Shown piece after piece: positions 56,706 to 64,000 of a stretch of DNA of 64,000 nt. Numbering within the stretch: position 1 is the first letter of the stretch; each line of letters begins with the position of its first letter. The DNA is from Acidobacteriota bacterium (GTDB lineage Bacteria; Acidobacteriota; UBA6911; RPQK01; JAJDTT01). The notes under the pieces are model-generated. The model worked only from the letters and a program-made list of their open reading frames with translations. It ran no database searches and was not told the DNA's origin. The DNA lies in the NCBI GenBank assembly GCA_965263035.1, contig OZ253580.1:4928001-4992000 (forward strand). The letters run 5' to 3'. A program made the translations under genes and the position numbers.

Positions 56706-57755
56706 GTGAGCCGAATCTACCTGATCTGCATCCTGGTCTGTGGCATGTTCACCCTTCTTCCGGCCGAGCCGCTGGAACGGTACGTGGCGGTGGACAACGT
56801 ATGCGCCTGGCCCAACCTGACGCTGCTCAAGGACGGCACCCTGACGGCCACCATCTTCAACCAGCCCCATCACGGCAAGGGGGCGGGAGACGTGGAGTCG
56901 TGGGTCAGCACCGACGGGGGCCGCATGTGGGAACTGGGAGGTGTCGCGGCCTCACGCGCCCCCGGCTCGAACCGTATGAACGTGGCCGCCGGCGCGGCCC
57001 ACGACGGTTCGGTGGTGGTGCTGGCCTCGGGCTGGGGGGGCGCCGGCTTCCGGGAGCGGATTCTGCCTTCACTGGTGTGCCGTTCCAGCGACGGTGGGCG
57101 GACCTGGGAGCAGAGTTCCGGCGTCACGCTGCCCGACGGGGTCCAAAACCTCATCCCCTTTGGAGACATCGTCCAGGCGCCAGGGAACATCCTGGTCGCT
57201 CCCGGCTACTCCTGGAGACTGCCTCATGTCCCGCCCGCCGGTTCTACCGCCTACGTGATCTTCAGCCGCGACGACGGGCGGACCTGGACGGAGAACGCCG
57301 TCATCGCCGAGGATGACTACAACGAAACGGCCCTGATCCGTCTCAGGAGCGGCCGCTGGCTGGCGGCGATCCGGACTCATCGAGACGGTCACCTGGAACT
57401 CTTCGGCTCGGAAGACGAGGCCAGGAGCTGGGCGCCTGGAGGAACGCTGACGCCGTCGCGTCACCACCCGGCTCATCTGGTGCAGCTCCACGACGGACGC
57501 GTGATCCTGACCTACGGGATCCGGGAGGCAGGCCACAAGGGAGTCGGCTACCGTGTCAGCTCCGATGACGGCAGGACCTGGGGGGCCCCCGAGCATCTGA
57601 TCCATCTGGAGGGAACCGGAGACGGCGGTTATCCCGCTACGGTCCAGTTGGCGGATGAAATGTTGGTGACGGCGTACTACAGCGACGGAATTCATGACCA
57701 CCGCCGCTACCATATGGGGGTGGTCCGGTGGCTGCCGCCCAAGAAACGACGCTGA
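56706..57755 (+). CDS. sialidase-like BNR/Asp-box repeat protein
   Basis: Signal peptide; five S.D.G.TW-type Asp boxes; NET, GGYP, YY. Confidence 0.85.
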   Translation: MSRIYLICILVCGMFTLLPAEPLERYVAVDNVCAWPNLTLLKDGTLTATIFNQPHHGKGAGDVESWVSTDGGRMWELGGVAASRAPGSNRMNVAAGAAHDGSVVVLASGWGGAGFRERILPSLVCRSSDGGRTWEQSSGVTLPDGVQNLIPFGDIVQAPGNILVAPGYSWRLPHVPPAGSTAYVIFSRDDGRTWTENAVIAEDDYNETALIRLRSGRWLAAIRTHRDGHLELFGSEDEARSWAPGGTLTPSRHHPAHLVQLHDGRVILTYGIREAGHKGVGYRVSSDDGRTWGAPEHLIHLEGTGDGGYPATVQLADEMLVTAYYSDGIHDHRRYHMGVVRWLPPKKRR

Positions 57756-57794
57756 CGGTCCCGGAGTCGAGTCCGTTCGAGCCGCTAGGAATCC

Positions 57795-58841
57795 GTGAAG
57801 GCCATCCCAAGTTGTAAGTTGAAGAGCGGTGAAACGCTCTCGGTCGAGTATTTCGAGCCGGGACCCCAGGTTCCCGCCTCCCTGGCGGAGGAAATCACCC
57901 GATTCGTGATCCAGGTGGAGACCCTGGACTCGTGGGCCTCGGTGGCCGAGTCCCTCTACCTGAAGCGGTGCCTCCAGGGCCGGTTCGCCGAAACCGGCTT
58001 GGATCCCCTCTTCCTGGGGCGCCTCGACGGGAGGATCGTCGGGGATGTCGGCTGCCAAGTCTCCCGGGACTGTCCCGAGGTGGGGAGCCTCGGCTGGGTC
58101 TTCACCGATCCGGCGCAGCGGGGGAAGGGAATCAGCTCGCATCTGACCCGGCTGGCAGTGGAGTGGTTCCAGGATCGGGGCGGAGTCTGCATGCTGCTGG
58201 GGACGGGGAATCCCATCGCCCATCACGTCTACGAGAAATACGGGTTTGGGGATTACAATGGACACGTGATGCGGCGTCTGAGTCCCGGCGCCGAGGCGAA
58301 GGATTTCGAAGAGAGGCTGTTTGCCTGCACCGGACCCGCCGCCGTTCGGCCGGCCGTCTGGGGAGACGCCTCGCGGGTCGCGGCCCTGTACGCCGCCCCC
58401 CATCCCTGGCTCGTCCAGGACCACCAGGAAGGCCTCATCACTCATCCCTCCCTGAAGAAGGTCCGGTATTTCTCCATCTTCCCCGCGCTCATGCTCCGGG
58501 CGGAGCGCCCGGGCGGTTCCGTGCAGGTGCTGGAGACGAGCCGGAAGCGAATCGTGGGGCTGGCCGCTCTGTTTCCCGAACCCGGGCCGTTCCAGGCGCA
58601 CGTGGGCCGTCTCGACTTCCTGATCCGGCCCGAGTTTCTGGATCAGGGGCGTGACCTGCTGGCGGCGGTATTGAACCAGGGCAGCGCAGGAGGCGTCCGG
58701 TTGGTAGAAGCCCGCTTCGCCTCCTGCGATGTAGAGAAGGTGAAGTTGGCCCGTGAAGCCGGATTCCGGCGGGTCGCCCGGTTCCCGGACCGGTTCCGGA
58801 TCGGCGCCGAGAGTGTCGATCTGGAGCTTTACGTCTCGTAA
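57795..58841 (+). CDS. GNAT family N-acetyltransferase (tandem domains)
   Basis: VFTDPAQRGKGIS, N..A..VYEKYGF; second degenerate GNAT half. Confidence 0.8.
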   Translation: MKAIPSCKLKSGETLSVEYFEPGPQVPASLAEEITRFVIQVETLDSWASVAESLYLKRCLQGRFAETGLDPLFLGRLDGRIVGDVGCQVSRDCPEVGSLGWVFTDPAQRGKGISSHLTRLAVEWFQDRGGVCMLLGTGNPIAHHVYEKYGFGDYNGHVMRRLSPGAEAKDFEERLFACTGPAAVRPAVWGDASRVAALYAAPHPWLVQDHQEGLITHPSLKKVRYFSIFPALMLRAERPGGSVQVLETSRKRIVGLAALFPEPGPFQAHVGRLDFLIRPEFLDQGRDLLAAVLNQGSAGGVRLVEARFASCDVEKVKLAREAGFRRVARFPDRFRIGAESVDLELYVS

Positions 58842-58884
58842 CGAACTTGAAGCTGGGGCGCGGTTGCCCAAGAGGAGATTTTCC

Positions 58885-61728
58885 ATGATCTGCAGGTCGC
58901 GGCGCATCGTCTGGATTCTGGCGTTCTGGCTGCTGGCGGGAGGCCTGGGTTCCGCACCCGTACTGGCCCTGGAATCACATCAAACACCGTCCTCCGACGC
59001 GCTGCCCCTGGACCCGGCCGTCACCAAGGGGCGTCTGGACAACGGCCTGAGCTATTTCCTCCGGGTCCACCGGCAGCCGGAGAAGCGGATGGCCCTCTGG
59101 CTGGCGGTCAACGCCGGGTCCATGCAGGAAGACGACGATCAGCAGGGTTTGGCCCACTTCCTGGAGCACATGGCCTTCAACGGCACGCGCCGGTTCCAGA
59201 AACAGGAGATCGTGGACTACCTGGAGACCATCGGGATGCGTTTTGGCCCCGACGTCAACGCCTACACCTCGTTCGACGAGACGGTCTACATGCTGGAGGT
59301 CCCCACGGACAACCCTGAATACATGGAGAAGGCCTTTCTGATTCTCCATGAATGGGCCCAGGGGATCGTCCTGGACCCGGAGGAGGTGGAGAAGGAGCGA
59401 GGTGTGGTCCTGGAGGAGAGGCGCGCCAGCCTGGGGGCCCAGTCGCGGATCCGCGACCAGCAGTTTCCCGTTATCTTCAAGGGGTCCCGGTATGCAACTC
59501 GGCTCCCGATCGGGACCGAGGAGATCCTGAAGGCGGCCCAGCCCGAGACCCTGAAGCGCTTCTACCGAGACTGGTACCGGCCCGGCCTGATGGCGGTCAT
59601 CGCGGTGGGTGACTTCGACGGAAAAGAGGTGGAAAAAGCGATCCGGGAGCGTTTCAGCGATCTGAAGGGGCCGGAGAATCCTCGTCCCCGGGTCGTGCAT
59701 CCGGTTCCGCCCCATGAGGAGACCCTGGTCAGCATCGTCACCGACCCGGAGGTTCCCGGCACCTCCGTCTCTCTTCTCAAGAAGCTTCCTGCGCTGCCCC
59801 AGAACAGCCGGGCCGCCTACCGGCAGATGGTGATCGAACGCCTGTTCCACGCCATGCTCAATGCCCGCTTGGAGGAAAAACGGCGCACCGCCGCCGCCCC
59901 GTTCCGCTTTTCCATGTCTCAGACCGTTCGTTCCATGGTCCGGTCCGCCGACATCCTGGTCCAGGCGGCCATGGCCAAGCAGGACCGGATCGCCGAGAGC
60001 ATGGAGACCCTCCTGACCGAGGTGGAGCGGGCCACCGTCCATGGTTTCCAGCCCTCGGAGCTGGACCGGGTCAAGAAGGAGATGCTGCGCGGCTACGAGA
60101 CCAGCGCCCGGGAGAAGGACAAGGTCCGGTCGCGGCGCTACACCTCGGAGATTCTGCGCCACTTCCTGGTGGGCGAGGGAATGCCCGGGATCGACTATGA
60201 GCTGAAGTTGCTGAAGGAGCTCCTTCCCGGAATCGACGCCGATGCCCTGAATGCAGTGGCTCGTGAGTGGGGCCGGCCGGGAAACCGGGTCGTCACCGTC
60301 ACCGCCCTGGAGGGGACGCAGGTTCCGAAACAGGAGGCGCTGCTGGCCCTGATGGACCGCGGCGACCGGAAGGTCGAGGCCTATCAGGACCAAGCCAAGG
60401 CCGGGCCTCTGGTGCCCGAACCGCCCGCGGACGGCCGCATCGCCGAGGAATCCCGGATCCCGGAGCTGGGGATCACCGTCTGGAAGCTCTCCAACGGGGT
60501 TCAGGTGATCCTGAAGCCCACCGACTTCAAGAACGACGAGGTACTTCTCTCCGGCTTCAGCCCGGGAGGCCATTCCCTGGCCTCCGACCAGGACTACCCG
60601 TCGGCCCTTTATGCCGACTCGGTGGTCGGGACGGGCGGAGCGGGAGGCTTCAGCGCGGTGGAGCTGGGAAAAGCCCTGGCCGGCAAGGTGGTCCAGGTCT
60701 CCACCTCCATCTTCGAGCTGGAGGAAACGGTGCGGGGGCGGGCATCGCCCCAGGACCTGGAGACCATGCTCCAACTGGTCTACCTCCGGCTGACCGCTCC
60801 CCGTCTGGACCCGGATGCGATCGCCGCGTGGAAGGCCAACGCCCTGGAATCGGTGCGCAACCGCCTGGTCATGCCCCAGGCCGTTTTCGGCGACCGGCTC
60901 CAGGAAGTGTTGAGCCGGAATCATCTCCGGCGCCGGCCCCCCACCGAAGAGAGCCTGGGCCGGATGGACCCGGAGAAGGCGCTGGAGATCTACCGGGAGC
61001 GGTTTCAGGACGCCAGCGACTTCACCTTCGTACTGGTGGGGAACCTGGATCTGAAAGCTCTCCGGGGACCGCTGCTCACTTATCTGGGCGGGCTGCCCTC
61101 CAGCCGGCGTGACGAGAAATGGCGGGACGTGGGCGTCCAATCCCCGAAGGAAGTGGTCCGTTTCGAAGTGAAGAAGGGGCTCGAGCCCCAGAGCCGGGTC
61201 CACCTCCAGTTCCTGGGTGAAGCCGGCTGGAGCCGCCAGAGCCGGCACGACCTCACGTCCCTGGCGCGGGTCTTGAGCATCCGCCTGCGAGAGGTGCTCC
61301 GAGAGGATATGGGAGGCACCTACGGCGTCCGGGTGCGGAGCCGACTCCGCCGCCGGCCCACCGAGTCGTACTCCTTCACCATCTCCTTCGGCTGCGCCCC
61401 GGAGAACGTGGATCAGCTGGTGAAGGCTGCCCTCGACGAGATCGAGAAGCTCCGCGAGCACGGCGTGGACGACGAGATCCTGGTCAAGGTCCGCGAAGGC
61501 CAGCTCCGATCCCGGGAAGTGTCCCTCAGACGCAACGGCTTCTGGTTGAACCGGTTGGCCGGTCACTACCGTTACGGTACCGATCCGCGCCTGGTCCTGG
61601 AATACCAGCCATTGGTCGAGAGCGTGACTTCCGACCGCATGCGGGACACGCTGAGTCGATATCTGAACCCCGAGCGCTACGTGATGGGCGTGTTGAATCC
61701 GGAAAAGACCGCTCCGGCTGCGGATTAG
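58885..61728 (+). CDS. pqqL: M16 family zinc peptidase, PqqL-like
   Basis: GLAHFLEHMAFNG inverted zinc motif, NAYTSFDETVY, ERGVVLEE, second half LSNG.QVILKPTDFK, LRE..GGTY. Confidence 0.85.
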   Translation: MICRSRRIVWILAFWLLAGGLGSAPVLALESHQTPSSDALPLDPAVTKGRLDNGLSYFLRVHRQPEKRMALWLAVNAGSMQEDDDQQGLAHFLEHMAFNGTRRFQKQEIVDYLETIGMRFGPDVNAYTSFDETVYMLEVPTDNPEYMEKAFLILHEWAQGIVLDPEEVEKERGVVLEERRASLGAQSRIRDQQFPVIFKGSRYATRLPIGTEEILKAAQPETLKRFYRDWYRPGLMAVIAVGDFDGKEVEKAIRERFSDLKGPENPRPRVVHPVPPHEETLVSIVTDPEVPGTSVSLLKKLPALPQNSRAAYRQMVIERLFHAMLNARLEEKRRTAAAPFRFSMSQTVRSMVRSADILVQAAMAKQDRIAESMETLLTEVERATVHGFQPSELDRVKKEMLRGYETSAREKDKVRSRRYTSEILRHFLVGEGMPGIDYELKLLKELLPGIDADALNAVAREWGRPGNRVVTVTALEGTQVPKQEALLALMDRGDRKVEAYQDQAKAGPLVPEPPADGRIAEESRIPELGITVWKLSNGVQVILKPTDFKNDEVLLSGFSPGGHSLASDQDYPSALYADSVVGTGGAGGFSAVELGKALAGKVVQVSTSIFELEETVRGRASPQDLETMLQLVYLRLTAPRLDPDAIAAWKANALESVRNRLVMPQAVFGDRLQEVLSRNHLRRRPPTEESLGRMDPEKALEIYRERFQDASDFTFVLVGNLDLKALRGPLLTYLGGLPSSRRDEKWRDVGVQSPKEVVRFEVKKGLEPQSRVHLQFLGEAGWSRQSRHDLTSLARVLSIRLREVLREDMGGTYGVRVRSRLRRRPTESYSFTISFGCAPENVDQLVKAALDEIEKLREHGVDDEILVKVREGQLRSREVSLRRNGFWLNRLAGHYRYGTDPRLVLEYQPLVESVTSDRMRDTLSRYLNPERYVMGVLNPEKTAPAAD

Positions 61729-61814
61729 CAAGGAAAGAGAATGTTCTTCGAATAGCGGAGAGGAGACCGGGATGGGGTCGTGTATGGAATGCGCAATTCA
61801 ATCCGTCTCGCCAG

Positions 61815-61973
61815 GAGTCTGCGCGGTAGAAATGATCGTAGCGAGAAAGTGGGGAATCGAGGCCAGATTTTCTCGATTTTGAGGTGCATAGTTGTTCTAT
61901 TCGCCGAGAAATCGGGGAAATATGGACCGATTCTACCGCTTTCGCAGTAGATCAATTTCTGCGGCGCAGGCTC
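61815..61973. mobile_element. 159-bp fold-back MITE, family 1, copy 2 (inverted relative to copy 1)
   Basis: Reverse complement of 3627-3785 with one visible substitution; flanks CCAG/CTAG. Confidence 0.85.
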
Positions 61974-62123
61974 CTAGGCAGTTCCTACCATGAAATAAGC
62001 GGTCTCCCGCTGGTGGAATAACTCCTCATCTTCACGCTTTTCTTTTTCCTCATTTCCTCTTTCCTGGTCCAGCCTTTCTTGACCCCCGCACAACCCTCAT
62101 CCTATGATGGCGGAACGCGCGAA

Positions 62124-63503
62124 ATGACTCGTTTGATTGCCGTTCTGAGCATTGCCGTCCTGTCGGTGCCCGGCCTCTTCGGAGGGGGCGAGGCAGGGGA
62201 GAAAGCGGCTGCGGGGGTGAGTTACTCCCAGGAAATCCAACCCCTGCTGCAACGCAGCTGCCAGGGTTGCCACCAGCCTTCCAGCCGTCAGGGCGCACTG
62301 GACGTCACCAATTTCGAGAGTCTTCGAACCGGGGGCCAACATGGAGAGGCCTTCGTCGCGGGCGCCCCGGACAGGAGCCTTCTCCTGGCGCACCTCACCG
62401 GGGACCGGGAACCGCGGATGCCGCTGGGTCAGCCGCCCCTGGATGCTTCCGATATCGAACTCTTCCGGAAATGGATCGCTTCGGGGGCCCGGGACGACTC
62501 CTCGGAGATGGCCACCCGGCTGGCCGGCGGGGAGCCGCCCGTGTACCGGCAGCCACCCGTCATCACCGCGCTGGCCTACTCTCCGGATGGCGGCACCCTG
62601 GCGGTTTCGGGCTACCGTGAAGTGCTGTTGCACCGGGATTCGGACCCGGAACCCGATGCCCGGCTGGTGGGGACCGCCGATCGGATCCAGTCGCTGGGCT
62701 TCACCGCCGACGGCAAGACCCTCATGGCGGCAGGGGGCAGGCCGGCCAGCTTCGGAGAGGTCCAATTCTGGGACCTGGACTCCGGACGCCTCCTGAGGGC
62801 AGTGCGGAGCTGCCACGACACCCTCTTCGGGGCGTCGCTTTCTCCAGACGGGACCCGCGTGGCCTTTGGTTGCGCCGATCACACGGTCCGGATCGTGGAA
62901 GTGGCCACGGGCAAAGAACTGCTGAAGATGAGTCATCACGAGAACTGGGTCCTGGGGACCGTCTTCGGAGTGGACGGAAAGCGGATCATCTCGGTGGGCC
63001 GGGACCGGGCGGCCAAGCTGGCGGATGCCACCAGCGGTGCCTTTATCGAGAACGTCAATCTGCTGAAGGGAGAGTTGACGGCTATTGCCCGGCATCCCAG
63101 CCGCGAGACCGTCGCCATCGGCGGCGAGGACCGGACGCCCTTTCTCTACCGGGTGGACAAGGCCGCCAAGATGTTGATCGCGGACAACACGAACCTGCTG
63201 CATGAGTTGGAGAAGCAGGACGGCGAGATCTTCGATCTGGCCTTCAGTCCGGACGGCAGGACGCTGGCCGTGTCCGGCGCCACGAGCCGCGTGTCTCTAT
63301 ACGACGTGGAGAGCGGAACCGCCTCGGGAGTCTGCGACGCCGGCTACCAAGGGGTCTACGCCGTCGCCTTCCAACCGCAGGGTGGCCGGCTGGCCATGGG
63401 CGGTTTTGACGGCAACGTGAGAATCTGCGAGTTGGACTCGGGCCGGACCGTCTCCGAGTTCATCCCGGTGCCCATCCAGGAGCCGCTGGTCTCGTCCCGG
63501 TAG
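62124..63503 (+). CDS. planctomycete-type cytochrome c domain plus WD40 repeat protein
   Basis: Signal peptide; IQPLL..SCQGCH, S.LL....MP...L.......WI..GA; repeated AFSPDG WD40 blades. Confidence 0.88.
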   Translation: MTRLIAVLSIAVLSVPGLFGGGEAGEKAAAGVSYSQEIQPLLQRSCQGCHQPSSRQGALDVTNFESLRTGGQHGEAFVAGAPDRSLLLAHLTGDREPRMPLGQPPLDASDIELFRKWIASGARDDSSEMATRLAGGEPPVYRQPPVITALAYSPDGGTLAVSGYREVLLHRDSDPEPDARLVGTADRIQSLGFTADGKTLMAAGGRPASFGEVQFWDLDSGRLLRAVRSCHDTLFGASLSPDGTRVAFGCADHTVRIVEVATGKELLKMSHHENWVLGTVFGVDGKRIISVGRDRAAKLADATSGAFIENVNLLKGELTAIARHPSRETVAIGGEDRTPFLYRVDKAAKMLIADNTNLLHELEKQDGEIFDLAFSPDGRTLAVSGATSRVSLYDVESGTASGVCDAGYQGVYAVAFQPQGGRLAMGGFDGNVRICELDSGRTVSEFIPVPIQEPLVSSR

Positions 63504-63574
63504 CGCGGGATTCTGACACTCGTCCGTAGTAAACTGGGAGCTACCATCTTTAATCCAAGTCCATGGATCCAACC

Positions 63575-64000
63575 ATGATCGACTCTTGCCTCCATTTCCC
63601 GGCAGGGCGGCGATCCCGCAGTATGACGGCGTTGCTGGCCCTGGTCTGTGGGTCTTTGCTGGGGGCCGAGGCACCGTTGCTGGAACAGATGCATCCCCCG
63701 GGCGCCCAAAAGGGGTCGGCCGTGACCCTGACCATGTCGGGAACGGGGCTGGGCGGGAATCTGAAGGTCCTCTCATCGCTTCCGGCAAGTTTCACCCCGC
63801 TGGCGGCGCAGGCCCCGGACGCCCCAGCCCAGGACGTGGACTCGGCGGCCTTTCTGCTGGAGGTCCGAAAAAACGTGGCTCCCGGCCTCTACCCCATTCG
63901 CGTCCACAGCGACCGGGGACTCTCCAACGTCCTGCTCTTCTCCGTGGGTGAGTTTCCCGAAGTCAATGAGAAGAAGGGAGGATCCAACGACACCCCTGCG
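63575..64000 (+). CDS. PPC-domain (pre-peptidase) secreted protein, runs off the window end
   Basis: Hand translation: ...PPGAQKGSAVTLTMSG...APGLYPIRV.S.RGLSN.LLFSVGEFPEV.E...ND; start uncertain. Confidence 0.75.
   Translation, partial: MIDSCLHFPAGRRSRSMTALLALVCGSLLGAEAPLLEQMHPPGAQKGSAVTLTMSGTGLGGNLKVLSSLPASFTPLAAQAPDAPAQDVDSAAFLLEVRKNVAPGLYPIRVHSDRGLSNVLLFSVGEFPEVNEKKGGSNDTPA

Noticed and set aside
57069-61731. Long antisense ORFs (57069..58907, 58975..61731; also 26289..27863, 7564..9003)
   Set aside because: Shadow ORFs of high-GC genes on the opposite strand with no recognisable motifs.

Overview
GC-rich bacterial chromosomal segment, most likely Acidobacteriota (two Oar-like TonB-dependent receptors, GWxTD protein, TPR/CRTAC1 pair, planctomycete-type cytochrome c/WD40). 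A host-associated, e.g. sponge-symbiont, lifestyle is only an inference from the ankyrin/TPR/WD40, sialidase and R-M content. It holds about 38 CDSs, mostly catabolic and secreted enzymes, including six paralogues of an uncharacterised beta-propeller hydrolase-like family. The main structural signal is two integrase-free inserts, each bounded by a direct repeat that is the last 150-200 bp of a protein-coding gene: a 2.3-kb type II R-M cassette at the 3' end of a TonB receptor gene, and a 27-kb polysaccharide-utilisation-like island at the 3' end of a MOSC gene. Two families of ~160-bp whole-length fold-back MITEs occur (5 and 2 copies, several with 4-bp target duplications). Other notable items are a tandem pair of NCS2 permeases fused to a degenerate RsbW-like HATPase domain, a canonical sigma-54 promoter, and two orphaned antitoxins. 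No rRNA, tRNA, CRISPR array, reverse transcriptase, integrase or transposase was seen. All calls come from reading the sequence by eye; no searches were run.
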